Source: Mobula birostris
Taxonomy: Eukaryota
Length of the DNA stretch: 64,000 nt
Direction of reading: 5' to 3'
Assembly: GCF_030028105.1 (NCBI RefSeq)
Contig: NC_092376.1
Span: forward strand, 77,920,935-77,984,934
A program made the translations under genes and the position numbers. Under the pieces are notes generated by a model. The model was not told the DNA's origin. It saw only the letters and a program-made list of their open reading frames with translations, and ran no database searches. How positions within the stretch are numbered: position 1 is the first letter of the stretch; each line of letters begins with the position of its first letter. Positions 34,689 to 47,220 of the stretch are shown in pieces.

Positions 34689-36717
34689 CTCTGGTCTAAA
34701 TATCATTTGGGCCGTCGGGGTCACCAATTGTAGTGGTGTGCTACACACAGCGCTAGAATAACCACACGGAGTCGGTGAGATAGAGTTGCGATGAAAGAAA
34801 TTTATTCAAACTTCGCGGCCTGCTTCAAAGCCTTCCCGTTCCCGCCCTCCCTGGGCGGGACTGCTGTGGGGAATGCATATTCCCAGACCCTTTCCACGCG
34901 CGGGATTTTCCCCCTGCTGGTGAAGATGGCCTGGCGCCCTTTTTGGGGCCGGCCCTCTGCCTGCACGCGCTGTTGTGAGCTGGTTCGTGTGTGCTAGAAA
35001 GTGGGTCGCCACAATCCTCCTTATGAAACATTGCAACTGAGAGGCTGATTTGTGTCAAAACACCTTGATTGTACCTTGAGGTATTAATAAAGCATCTTAA
35101 ATGAAGTGAGGTCAGAGAGATCTTAGGTTTATAGCAGAAAATCCAAAATCTAAAGCATTTTTTTGCTTAGGTCATGGGACTAACAGCAGCATAATTCAAG
35201 TTGGAAATACCCAGGCATCCAGATTACAGTAACACCAATACCTCAGAATTGCAGGACAGGGAAAAACATCGAGAAAAATGGGATCTTCAATCATTTTTAT
35301 TAATAGATGAGCATTTTAAATTTGTGTCAATGCTCAACGGTGAACCATTGTAGATTAACAATCATGAAGAGAGGCGAGTATAAACTGCAAAATATAACAC
35401 TGCTGGTAGAGTATTAGATAACAAGTTTGTAGGGAGTAGAATGAGGTGTGTCATTCAAGAGTGCAGTTTAGTTGAACAAGGGTTTCAACAGCAATAGTAG
35501 AGATGAAAATGAGTAATGTTAGTGATGAATTGATAAGTCAGTTAGGGGGAATGATGGAAATGTAAATGAAACTAATGGTAGCCATGCCTATTTCATGCAC
35601 AGAATCAAGCGAAACATACACTGGTGTTGTACAAGAGATATTCTAGATACTACAGCTTCCCAGGTCTTTCTGAATCCAGCCCACCTTTCATGTCTCTAAA
35701 CTTAAATCACTGCTCTGTAGTCCTTTAGTCCCTACTCCTTATCCTCAACCTGTTTATACTGGCTGCAGATTGTGTGACTTCTGACGAATTAAGGGACATT
35801 TCCAGTACTTAGTCGATTGGGAGGGGTGTGGTCCAGAGGAGAGGAGTTGGGTTCCAGTCCAGGATATTTTGGATCCTGATCTGATTACACTTTGATTGTC
35901 TTCTCCCCGAATGCCCTAAGCTGCCAGAGTTGGCTTCGGCAGGTGGGGGGGGGGGGCGGTGTCTGTCACAACTAGGGGAGAAAAGATGTTTTTCAGTTAG
36001 TCAGTTCGTATGTGGACTGTATTTTCTCAGTGTCACCTTGTGGGTCTGCAGTATTCCTTATATTTTTATGTCTAAGCTCCTAGATCTTTTATGCCTATTT
36101 GTTCTTCTTTGGACTAGCTCTCCACTTTGTTTTGCGAGTGTCTCCTTTGGTATCGTGAGAATTGTTGAGCTCTCTTAGTATTTATCACCTTTATTTAACT
36201 TGGGGTAATTAAATTAGCATGGGATTTTCAATGTCTTGCATTGTAGTTGTTGCCTTGGGGTTATTACTTCGTCTGGACACTGGGGCTGTCAGATGGTCCT
36301 AAATTCTAATGTGCTCCAGGGTGTGTTTTGGTGGGGTGGGGGGATTCTTGCCAATCCTTCCTTGCTTGGTTGTTGTGGATCCTTGTCTGGTGAAACTCTG
36401 AATATTGTGAGTGATTTCAGTTCTTCAAGATTCTGTATAGTTTGCCTGAGTTCTTGTTTGTTTTCCTGGTTAATTTCTGTAAGAAGTCTTTTGTCTTGTT
36501 TGAATTGCCGAAGTCTCTGTGATTCCTGCACTTTAGTTCACTAGTGACGCTGACATTAAAGTATTGATGTTGTGGACAGAAGCTAATTAAAAGTTCCATG
36601 TACTCATTTTACAGCAAATTATAAAAGTCTGAGCTATTCTGAAAAAAGCAGAAAGAAACAGATTGTTTCTTATTTTAGGACTGTCATTGCTACCTGCAAA
36701 ACAATTAGAACTACTGA

Positions 36718-36845
36718 TCTCAAACAAGAGAAAATCTGCAAATGCTGGAAATCCGAGCAACACACAAAATGTTGGAGGAACTCAGCAGGCCAGGCAGCAT
36801 CAATGGAAAAGGGTACAGTCGACATTTCGAGCTGAAACCCTTCGG
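36718..36845 (-). mobile_element. Penelope pLTR fragment (partial hammerhead motif)
   Basis: CAAACAAGAGAAAATCTGCAAATGCTGGAAATCC...CAGTCGACATTTCG; same family as 28690-28820 and 50096-50224. Confidence 0.7.
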
Positions 36846-36920
36846 TATTTCTACTAATATTTTATTTTTAAAAACTAATATGAGCTTCATTCATAATTAA
36901 AAATAATATTTACAAGAAAA

Positions 36921-37264
36921 CAAGGTGTGATTGATAAGTTTGTGGCCTACGATAGAAGGCGATGAGTTATACAGCTCTCCCTACATGCACGTGCAGTTCA
37001 ACCCTTTGAGTGATTAGGGAGAAAGTTTGAAGTTAATAACTCATCTCCTTCTACTGTAGGCCACGAACTTATCAATCACCCCTGCTGTGGACCACTTTTG
37101 GAGGTCCAAGACGCCGACTTCTACAAAGAAGGGATCTGTATGCTCCACGACCACTGGACTAAGTGTGTAAATGTAGGAGGAGGCTATGTTGAAAAATAAA
37201 TGTGCTAGGTTTTCTAAAATTGACTCACTCTACCTTAGGCCACAAACTTATCAATCACCCCTCG
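36921..37264 (+). mobile_element. Mariner-derived MITE with TIRs
   Basis: About 35-bp TIRs (CAAGGTGTGATTGATAAGTTTGTGGCCTA... / ...TAGGCCACAAACTTATCAATCACCCCTCG followed by TA); extra internal TIR copy at about 37050-37082; mariner C-terminus FYKEGI..WTKCVNVGGGYVEK*. Confidence 0.85.
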
Positions 37265-37399
37265 TACACCTGACAATGCCTTTTCACTCTTACATTCATA
37301 GGCAAGACATTAAGTAGTATTCAATTACATTTCTTAAAACCACTTAAACTTGCTACTCATGTGGCCCTATGGGGTGGTGCTACTCTATTACAATATAGC

Positions 37400-38211
37400 A
37401 AAAAATAATGGGAAGCTTTTAAGAGCCAACAGAAGGAAGCTAACAAAACAAGGAGAAAAAAGATGAAAATGAAGGTAAGCTAGTCTATAATATAGAAAAG
37501 AGGATACCAAAATTTTTTTCAGATATATAAAGAGTAAAAGAGTGGATATTGCACTGCTGGAAAATGATGCTGGAGAGATAGCAATGAGAATAAAGAAATG
37601 TTGAGCAAACTTAATAAGAATATTGCATCAATTTTCACTTTGAAAGTATGCCAGAAATTACAGAGCGTTAGAGGGCAGAAGTGAGTGTAGTTGCTCTTAC
37701 TAAGGAGAAGGTGCTTGGCAAGCTGAAAGGTTTGAAGGTAGATAAGTCACCTAGACCAGATGTACCACACCCCAGGATTCTAAAAGAAGTAGCTGAAGAG
37801 ATTGCGGAGTTAGTTGTAGTGCTCCCTCAAGAATCACGAGAATCTGGAAAGGTTCTGGAGAACTGGAAGGTTATAAATATCACTTCACTATTTAAGAAGA
37901 AGTGAGGCAAAAGACAGGAAATTATAGGCCTGACTTCAGTGCTTGGGATGATGTTGGAATGCATTATTAAAGATGAAGTTTTGGAAGTAGTTGGAGGCAA
38001 ATAATAACATGTTGAAGTCAGCATAGTTTCCCTAAGGGAAAATCATGCTTGACAAATCTGTTGAAATTCTTTGAGGAAAAAGCAGGCAGGATAGATAATG
38101 GATAGCTGGTTGATGTCGTTCACTTGGATTTTCAGAAGGCCTTTGACATGATACCACATATGAGGCTGCTAAATAGGATGAGAGCTCATGGTATTACATG
38201 AAAAATACTAG
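37400..38211 (+). mobile_element. CR1 LINE fragment, target of the second Gypsy element; resumes at 45297-45430
   Basis: KLKGLKVDKSPRPD..HPRILKE, LDFQKAFD; continues after the Gypsy as (I)LA*TKDWLTGRKQRVGI..GPLLF. Confidence 0.85.
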
Positions 38212-38955
38212 TGTACGGGGTTTTTTTTGTATGTTAAATTTAAAATGGCTTCTTTGTTATGTTATACTTGGGAATGCTTCTTTGTTATGTTAAATGCTGA
38301 GAAAGTCTCTAGCTAGACATTAGCTTGGGTTAATACAGATAGCAGGGTGCTATTAGCCAATGGGTGTTCATGTTATCGTTTTTTCGGGTGGTAATGCTGT
38401 CTCATATGTCTGGAGAAGGGGTTTTTGGCAGGGAGTCAGAGGAGAGACGGGGAGGACGGTGGAGAGACGGGGAGTCGGAGGAGAGATGAGGAGTTGGAGG
38501 AGAGACGGGGAGGACGGTGGACGTGCGAAAGGCTCCAGTTGATCAATCCAGGTGGTCCTGAGCCATGAGTCGACAGGATCCGGGTGGTCGTCAGGAATTC
38601 ATTGAGCTCCAACGGTTGTGCACAAAGAACTTGGACTTTGATAAGTCTGGCGCCTTTTTTTTCATTACTTCCTTTTCTGTATCGAATTTATATGAATTTC
38701 ATAGACTTAGTAATATCTATAAAGTGTACTTGGTGAAACATACTCTGTGTGCTGGCTGATGATTGGTGTTTGGGATTGATTCGGGCGGCAGTGGTACAGC
38801 AACCGACCCAGCAGGAAGCGTTGAGGCAGGTGCTGGGCTGGATTTCCCCTAGACATATATGAGCCAATATAACTGACCGTTACAAGTGGGGGCTACCGTC
38901 CTGGATTTGGATTTTCGGTAAAGCTGTAACAGTCGTCGCGTTGAGTAGTGCGAAG

Positions 38956-40240
38956 ATGGATCGAGATAAGATTGTAAGTTGGTGTGAATTAGAGAATGTA
39001 CCAGTGAATCAGGTGTGCGTGCAGAGTGGGGTGGATTTCCGCATTTCAGCAGAGGCACTAGCGCGAAGGTTGAGTTTGATTAAAGGTATCGGGCAGGTAG
39101 AACTTATAGCTAGAAGGTGTGGGAAAGAACTGGAGTCCAGCTGGATGTTGATTTGGACAGGTGCCGACGTCATGACGTTGTAACTACCAGCGACAGTCCA
39201 CGTCCAGGGGGAGGCAGGGTTGTGGGGTCTCCACACCCTCCCGGAGGACGAAAGTGAGGAGGTGCTGGAGGAGGAGCTAGATGAAGCCCCAGGGGAGGTG
39301 CCAGTAGCCAGGGGTGGAGGGTTGGAGTGGGAAGGCTTGATCAGGCCCTGTCCCCCAGTTAGGGGTGAGACCTCCAAATTAGCCGATGCCATTACCTCCC
39401 TGGTGAGAAGGGTTGAGGGGCCCCACCTGAAGTTGAGAATTTTCTCAGGAGCCATGCCCACCCCAGGAGGGGAGGATGACTATGAGGTATGAATTGAGAA
39501 TACATCCCAGTTGTTAGAAGCGTGGTCAGTTTCAGATGAGGAAAAGAGACAGCGATTGGTGGAAAGTTTAAGGGGCCAGTGTAGTCCGCGAGTTGAGAGC
39601 GGAACGCCCTTCGGCTTCCCTGTCGGAGTGTTTGGACTGTCAGGAGATCCCTAGCGACTTTTAGCGGAGTTTCAACAAATGGGGCAGGGAAGAGGGGAAG
39701 AGGTCTCAGAATACATTTTCCAGCTGGAAGGAAAGCTTACTGGGCTGCGGCGCCGAGGGGTAGTGAAGGCGGACGAAGTGGCGAAGTTGAGGATGAGCCA
39801 GGTACGTAGCGGTTCCCGGGAGGATGACAGGGTGGCTTGGAGTATCCGGCAGTCATATAAGAGGAGCCCCCGCCCCTCCATCATTCGGGCAGCTGATTAG
39901 AGAGGTGCGGGAGGAGGAGAGTGCTTCGGGCCGAACGGGGGCTCGGAACCCCGGGGACGGTCTTCAGCGGTTCAGGAGGTGGTAGCTGGGTTGAGGATGG
40001 ATGGGGGTGGTACCCCTTTCGGGGGGCGTCCCGGGAGGAGAGAGGCGGCGGGTAGCGTGTGCTAAAACTGTGGGAGAGAGGGGCATTTCCGGCGGGAATG
40101 TGAGTGGCCCGGGGGTGTGCTACAGCTGTGGGGAAGCGGGTCACTTGCGGAGGGATTGTGAGAGACGAGATGCTCCGAGGAGGGAGGGCCCCCGGGCCAC
40201 TAAGAAGGGAGAGGTGTCGGGAAACTCAGGAGAGTCTCAG
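38956..40240 (+). pseudogene. gag: Gypsy gag, PNMA/Ma-antigen-like, with CCHC knuckle
   Basis: MDRDKIVSWCE.. N-domain, LRIFSG..PTPGGEDDYEV, EKRQRLVESLRG, QGRGEEVSEYIFQLE, CYSCGEAGHLRRDC; GGGAAAC slippery site at 40219-40225. Confidence 0.85.
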
Positions 40241-40308
40241 GAGGAACACGTTCCCAGAAAGCAGCCAGGGAACCCCCGAAAGCACAAAGCCTTATTCCGG
40301 ATGGACTG

Positions 40309-43300
40309 GTGGGACCCCGTTCCAGCGTGTCCCTACGGATAGAGGGAGTCTTTGCAAAAGCCATCCTTGACACAGGATCGCAGGTTACCTTACTGTACCG
40401 GTCGTTCTACAACAAATATCTGAAGCATTTGCCAGTAACCCCGTTCAATGCACTGGAGATTTGGGGCACAAGTGACGGTGATTACCTGTACGATGGGTAC
40501 CTGTCAGTGAGATTGGAATTCTCGGAGGGAAATGTGGGAGTGTCGGAAGCCCTTGAGACGTTGGTGTTGGTTTGTCCGGACCCGGTGGAAACCGGTGGCG
40601 CTGCCCTGCTAGTGGGGACTAACTCCCCTCTGGTGCGACGGCTCTTGGGAGCCTGTAAGAAGGCAGCGGGGGAGAACTTTCTGGAGACCCTCTCGGTACA
40701 CCCAGTGTTTCGAGCGGTGTACGAAGGAGTGGGTGACCCCCAGGAGCTGGATCCTGAGTGCAAACGAGGGACGGTGTGGTGTACTCAGGCGAGGCCTAAG
40801 GTGATACGGCCAGGGGAGGTGGCATTAGTGATGGGGACCCCCAGATTCCCCGGAGTACTGGCGGGCGAGGCCCTGCTAGTAGACGCCCCAGACGACCTGG
40901 AAGGGGAGTCCCAGTTCCCGGCTGGGGCGCTGGTGAGACCTGAATTGCAGAGGCCCTCAGCTGTACAGGCACGGCAGATAGGGGTGATGGTAAGGAACAT
41001 AACGGAGAGGGAGATCACCTTTAAGCGCGGGATGCCGCTTGCGCATTTGTTCCCGGTTACAGTGATGTCTAGCGCTCCCATGAGACCCACTGGAGGAAAA
41101 CTATTGGAGAACGGGGGGCTGACCGAGGAGGCCTTTAATTTTAAAGACTCCCCTGTACCGCCGGAGTATAAGAGCAGGGTGGTGGAGAAGATGCTGAAGC
41201 TAGGGGATGTCTTTTCTCAGGGCGAGTTTGATGTGGGATGTTCCAAGAGCACTCGGCACACTATCCGGGTGACAAATGACACCCCGTTTAGAGAAAGGCC
41301 GCGGCGGTTGGCCCCAGCAGATGTGGAAGATGCACGGCAGTTGAAGGATGCAGGGATTATCGCGGAGTCCCGGAGCCCCTATGCGTCCCCCATAGTGGTG
41401 GAAAGGTAGGAACATGGGAAGGTACGCATGTGCGTGGACTACAGGGCTCTGAACCGGCGCACTGTTCCCGACCAATATACGGTCCCAAGGGTGGAAGACG
41501 CATTGGCCTGTTTGAGTGGGGCGCGGTGGTTTAGCGTATTGGATTTGCGGAGTGGGTATTACCAGATTCCGATGAGTGAGGCCGATAAAGAGAAGGCGGC
41601 CTTTATCTGCCCCCTGGGATTTTTCTAGTTCGAACGAATGCCCCAAGGCATATCGGGGGCCCCAGCCACCTTCCAGCGGCTCATGGAGAGGACAGAGGGG
41701 GATATGAACCTGCTGGAGGTATTGGTGTACCTGGACGACCTGATAGGGTTTGGATCTACGTTGGAGGAACATGAGGAGCGGCTGCTGAAGGTGCTGAGTC
41801 GGCTGAAGGAAGAAGGGTTAATACTTTCCCTGGATAAATGTCAGTTCTGTAAAACGTCGGTCAGCTATGTCGGGCACATAATCTCGCGAAATGGAGAGGC
41901 CACTGATCCGGCTAAGATAGCTGCAGTAACCACCTGGCCGAGACCCCAGAAGGTGAGCGCCTTACGCTCGTTTTGGGGGTTTTGCGGATATTACCGGCGA
42001 TTCGTGAAAGGATATGCGAAAATGAGTCACCCATTGAACCAGTTGTTGTGTGGTTATCCACCTGTGAGGAGGAAGAGGAAGGGAGACCGAGGGCCGGAGG
42101 AAGGAGGATATTTGAACCCGGGGGAGCCTTTTGGATCGAGGTGGGATGCTCAATGTGAAGAGGCGTTCCAATCTCTAAAAAGGGCGCCGACACAGGCCCC
42201 GGTGTTGGCTTTTGCTGATCCCCGGAAGCCGTATGTTCTACACACTGATGCCAGTAACGAGGGTCTGGGGGCTGCCCTGTACCAGGAACAGGGCAACGGA
42301 TTGAGGCCGGTGGAGTTTGTCAGCCGGAGCTTGTCGCCATCTGAGAGAAACTATCCCACTCACAAGCTGCAGTTCTTGGCGTTGAAATGGGCGGTGGTGG
42401 ACAAGTTGAGTGACTATCTATACAGGGCCCAGTTTGAGGTGAGAACTGACAACAACCCCCTCACTTATATCCTGACCTCGGCGAAGCTGGATGCTCCTGG
42501 GCACCGGTGGTTAGCGGCCTTGTCTGCCTATGAGTTCAGCCTGAAGTACTGGCCGGGGAGTCGGAACATCGATGCAGATGCCCTGTCTCGTCGGGCGCAC
42601 GACGAGTCGGGCACGGCTGAGGAGTAGAAGAGTGTCCCTGCCCCGGGAGTGAAGGCCATGTGTCAGGTTGGGAGCGACGGGGAAGCAGGAGCCCCGATGT
42701 GGCCGGTTCGGGCAATGGATCAAACGGGGGTTGACGATGACGCGCTACCCACTGTTAACTGTAATTTCACTGCTCTGAGGAACAGGCAGCTGCTGGAGTT
42801 GAGCACCCAGCAAGTGGGGGCGGGTCAGCGTGATGACCCGAGCATTGGCACTATCTGGTACGTGGTTAGCCAGGGTGATGTGGCCCAGGTGGAGAAGGCG
42901 AAGCACGCCTCCGTTCCCCTACTACTGAAGGAGTGGCCCCGGTTGAAGCTGAAGAACCACGTCTTGTACCGCGTCACGTCGCCCCCGGACCACCCCCGGC
43001 GCTGGCAGCTGGTCATGCCTGAGAAGTATCGGAAGACTGTGCTCCAGGCACTACATGATGATTCCAGGCACTTGGGGGTAGAAAAGACCCATGGATTACT
43101 CAATGACCGGTTTGACTGGCCCCGGATAAGGAGGGAGGTGGAAGAATACTGTAAGATCTGTAGTCGTTGCATCAGGAGGAAGACCTTGCCTGCGCAGGCG
43201 GCTCCGTTGTCCCAGTTGCAGAGTGCGGGACCCATGGACCTGGTGGGTATGGATTTCCTGTCTATTGATTCAGACACCAGCAGCACCGCCAATGTCTTGG

Positions 43301-44658
43301 TCATCACGTATCACTACACTAGATATGCGCAGGCTTTTTCTACTAAGGACCAGAAAGCGACTACAGTGGCGAAGGTGTTATGGGAGAAGTGCTTTGTTCA
43401 TTATGGCCTTCCCCGGCGGATCCATAGTGATCAGGGACGGGACTTCGAGAGCAGGCTTCTCCGTGAATTACCGGGTATGCTTGGGGTTGAGAAATCCAGA
43501 ACCACCCCCTATCACCCGCAGGGTGATCCTCAGCCCGAGAGGTTTAACCGGACCCTGCTGGACATGCTCGACACTTTGGAGATCGGACAGAAGAGTAAGT
43601 GGAGTCAGCACATCGGCCATTTGGTTCACTGTTACAATTGTACTCGCAATGACGCTACGCCCTATTATCTGTGTTCGGATGGGAAGCGAGGTTGCCCATT
43701 GATTTGTGTTTTGGGACTGAAGCGGGTGAAATACCTTCGAAGCCATATCTGAAGTACGTGTCCGATATGAGGAGAGAGTTGACAAGGGCGTACGAGTTGG
43801 CTGAGGCGGTAGCCACCAAGCAGAATCAGCGGAATAAGAAGAGGTATGATCAGAAAGTAAAGTTGGACCAGCGATTGCCGGGAGACCCAAGTCCTTATCC
43901 GGAATTTAGGACTACCTGGTAAACACAAGTTGGCGGACCGTTGGGCAGCCGCCCCCTATGTGGTGGAGAGTCAGATGCCGAATCTCCCTGTTTATCGGGT
44001 GAGACCCGAAGATGGGAAGGGGTCTGTCAAGGTACTCCATCGGAACCACCTGTTGCCTCTGGGTCGAGAGATGAAAGTAGACCCAGAGCCCGAATGGGAG
44101 TTTACGCCTAGTACGAGGACTCTGCGAGGGCGCGGGGCGAGGGAAGAGTCCGCTGCGAAAGAGACGGGGCCGGCCCCCACCTCGAGAAGGGATACGCCAT
44201 CGGAAGACGATGATTCGGACGCGTGGTCCCTGTTTCCGTTCGTTGATTCCCCGGTGCCGGGAGAAGAGGCTCCTGGCCCTTCCATCACTGAGTTAGGGGA
44301 GAGGAGGGAGGGTGTTGCAGAGCCGCCTGTATTACAGCCGGTATTGGGGGAGGAGAGGGTGGAGCCAGAACCTGAGGCAGAGGGCTCACAGGTGCCGAGG
44401 GGTCCCCGTGAGGGTGGTGTCCCGTGTGAGGGTCCGACAGGTAGGCCCGGGGTGTCTGAACAGGAAGAGTCAGCAGAGGAAGTACAGAGGTTTCAGAGGA
44501 GTAGGCACCTCCTGGAGAGGTTGACTTATACAGCGCCGGGAGAACAGGGTGTGATCTCTACAGCGCTGGGAAGTTATGTCACTGCTTTATGCACCTGGGT
44601 TGGGTTTTGTGTTTTGCAAGGAGCACTGGTGAACCCTGTTAACGTCATGAGGGCATGA
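40309..44658 (+). pseudogene. pol: Gypsy pol (PR, spacer domain, RT, RH, IN) with stops and frameshifts
   Basis: [94 protein letters not shown]. Confidence 0.93.
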
Positions 44659-45449
44659 CTTTTATTTGGTGGGGGGAGAGTGTACGGGTTTTTTTTGTAT
44701 GTTAAATTTAAAATGGCTTCTTTGTTATGTTATACTTGGGAATGCTTCTTTGTTATGTTAAATGCTGAGAAAGTCTCTAGCTAGACATTTGCTTGGGTTA
44801 ATACAGATAGCAGAGTGCTATTAGCCAATGGGTATTCATGTTATTGTTTTTTCGGGTGATAATGCCGTCTGATATGACTGGGAACAGGGGTTTTTGGTGG
44901 GGAGTCGGATTAGAGACGGGGAGGACGGCGGACGTGCGAAAGGCTCCAGTTGATCAATCCAGGTGGTCCTGAGCCATGAGTCGACAGGATCCGGGTGGTC
45001 GTCAGGAATTTATTGAGCTCCAACGGTTGTGCACAAAGAACTTGGACTTTGATAAGTCTGGCACCTTTTTTTTCCATTACTTCCTTTTCTGTATCGAATT
45101 TATATGAATTTCATAGATTTAGTAATACCTATAAAGTGTACTTGGTGAAACGTACTGTGTGTGCTGGCTGATGATTGATGTTTGGGATTGATTCGGGTGG
45201 CAGTGGTGCAGCAACTGACCCCGTGGGAAGTGTTGAGGCAGGTGCTGGGCTGGATTTCCCCTAGACATATACGAGCCAATATAACTGAGTGTAACACTAG
45301 CATAGACAAAGGATTGGTTGACTGGCAGGAAGCAAAGAGTGGGAATAAAGAAGGCTTTTTCTGGTAGGCTGCCTGTGACCAGTCGTGTTCTCCAGTGGTC
45401 AGTGTTAGGACCACTTCTTTTCATGTTATATGCTCAGTAATCACATTAA

Positions 45450-45660
45450 TAGTACCTCCTGTACCTAATAAAGTGTCTATCGAGTGTACGTTGATGGAAT
45501 CCTACTGCAGTAGCCCATCCACTTTGAGGTTCAATGTGCTTTGCCTTCAGGGACGCTCTTCTGCACACCACTGTTGTAATGTGTAGTTAATTGAGTTACA
45601 GTTGCCTTCCTCTCAGCTTGAACCAATCTGGCCATTTTCCTTTGACCTTTCTCATTAACT
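45450..45660 (-). mobile_element. Tc1-like transposon fragment
   Basis: GQRKMARLVQAERKATVTQLTTHYNSGVQKS (Tc1 HTH region); TIR-like GTACCTAATAAAGTG..GAGTGTA at about 45461-45488. Confidence 0.7.
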
Positions 45661-46479
45661 GGTGTTTTTGCAAATGAGATCTCCCCCCCCCCCCCCCCCC
45701 CCCGCCACCCCATACTCAATGTCAGCCAAGAAGGATCTTGGTGCCTGTCGATAAGATCTGGCAATGAGGCATTCTGCAAGATGGATCTGGAAAGTCTGCT
45801 GAGGGGGAAACTCACAGCATCCTTCCCTTGCAAAGTCTGCAAGACCTCCTGTTGGATTTGTGGTCAAAGGTGTTGATCTGCAAGATCTTTTCCACAAAGG
45901 ACAAGTCGTGTCAATTTCCAGCTGATTGGGACATTGCTCATCAACAGGAATTACATGTATTGAAATGGTAAGGTCAGTTAAAGTAGTTTTGACACTTGTC
46001 AAGTACGGTGAGTCATCGTCAGTCCGGGACAGAAGAACACGTGAGGTGAGGGAGCTTGACAGTGAGAATGAGAATAAAAGACACCTTCAGAGCATTAAGT
46101 GTCGGTCACGCTATATGCAAATCTAATTCTGCAATAAGATAAGCTGCAAATACACACCACCATCCTTCGTAATAGCGGGGACTGATGGAACTTGGCATGT
46201 GGTGGTACTTGATGCCCACGTACACACACACACTCAGCCTGATGAAGCCACACATGGAGGTGATCTACAGTTTTGCTCTATTTGCAGCTTCGCTGTTAAA
46301 GGTTTATAGGCCTCCAGTTACCCGCATCAAATGTCGCCGGCAATCTCTTCACTACGTGTCACTTCAATGGGACCACCGTGTTTAAGGGAGTTATTTGCTC
46401 GCATGTGTTTTTTTTTAAATAAGTAAAACTCCACAACGACGAAGTACCAAGTAAATAGGCGTTTATTTAGACAGAAGCC

Positions 46480-47220
46480 CGCTCCTGTTTTCGCCACTAT
46501 TTTGGAAATGGCGATGGAAATGTACTTTGTGGCCTGTGCCTGTGCCTGCCCCCTCTCCCCCCTCCTCATACACACACAGCGTGGCGGGCCAGGCGCCTGT
46601 GACGCGAGAATGGGCTGGTGACAGCGGCCCCGGCCCCGGCCCCAGCCCCGGCCCCGGGCTCAGTTTTGCTCGAGATCCGCGTGGTTGAGGTTGTTTCCCG
46701 CCAGCTGGATCTGCGAGCGCCAGTGTCGAGTCATTTCGGGCTTCCCGAGTGCGGCTTGAGCCGCCATGTTCGCCGACCTACTTGATGTTTTTGGGTTGGG
46801 ATGGGAGGAGCCCCCGCCATCCACATGGTATGAGTTTTTTGGGCAGCGACGGGAGAACTCCCCGCCTGCCTCATGGTGGACCGTGTTTCCGAGGCCCAAA
46901 CAGCGCTCGGAAGATGTCTGCGAATGCGTCTTGCTGTTCCAGAGTAGCATTGCATACTTGGCGGGCGCCGCCTGCTTCCTCGCCGTGGTTTTCGTCTGTC
47001 TGGCCCTGTTCCGTTGCAGGAAGAGAAAGTGGTCGTCGGCGCCTCTGAGTGGAGACCGATCCCCGTCGCAAAGTGGCCAGGTACCTGTCGGGCCTCCTCT
47101 CGGCGTTAACAAACGTGCACATCTTGGGTTAAAGTTAGAGAGAAAACGCCGGAGATTCTTGTTAGTCACAGGGGGTGCTTGTGGTAGGAAAAACAGTTAA
47201 CGATCCGGGTCGGTAATCTT
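46480..47220. promoter_or_regulatory. CpG island, probable gene promoter
   Basis: The only CpG-rich stretch not attributable to a transposon. (GGCCCC)n at 46626-46656, CRE-like TGACGCG at 46600, and GCCGCCATGTT at 46760-46770 (both a Kozak context and a YY1 consensus). Confidence 0.75.
46766..47080 (+). CDS. Putative first coding exon with a single transmembrane helix
   Basis: GCCGCC-ATG start; 105 codons to a phase-0 CAG|GTACCT donor; hydrophobic SIAYLAGAACFLAVVFVCLALF followed by basic RCRKRK. Confidence 0.5.

Larger units (their letters stand above)
30666..35013 (-). mobile_element. Full-length Gypsy/Ty3 LTR retrotransposon (4.35 kb, defective)
   Basis: 285-bp LTRs at 30666-30950 and 34729-35013 (TG..CA, about 20 mismatches by eye); TSD ATCC at 30662-30665 and 35014-35017; tRNA-Trp-type PBS TGGTGACCCCGACG next to 34726; PPT at 30953-30964. 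Confidence 0.96.
38212..45296 (+). mobile_element. Full-length Gypsy LTR retrotransposon with PNMA-like gag (7.1 kb, defective)
   Basis: LTRs at 38212-38884 and 44681-45296 (TG..CA); TSD CTAG at 38208-38211 and 45297-45300; tRNA-Pro-like PBS TGGGGGCTACCGTCCTGGAT at 38887-38906; PPT at 44668-44680. Confidence 0.96.

Noticed and set aside
30728-35058. Plus-strand ORFs (e.g. 30728-31189, 34084-34551, 34791-34997)
   Set aside because: Antisense shadows of GC-rich Gypsy coding sequence and LTRs.
45655-46002. 115-aa minus ORF next to a poly-C run
   Set aside because: No recognisable family; it is extended by the homopolymer and abuts a Tc1 fragment.
46660-47169. 169-aa minus-strand ORF in the CpG island
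   Set aside because: Non-ATG start and no recognisable motif; long open frames are expected in GC-rich DNA.
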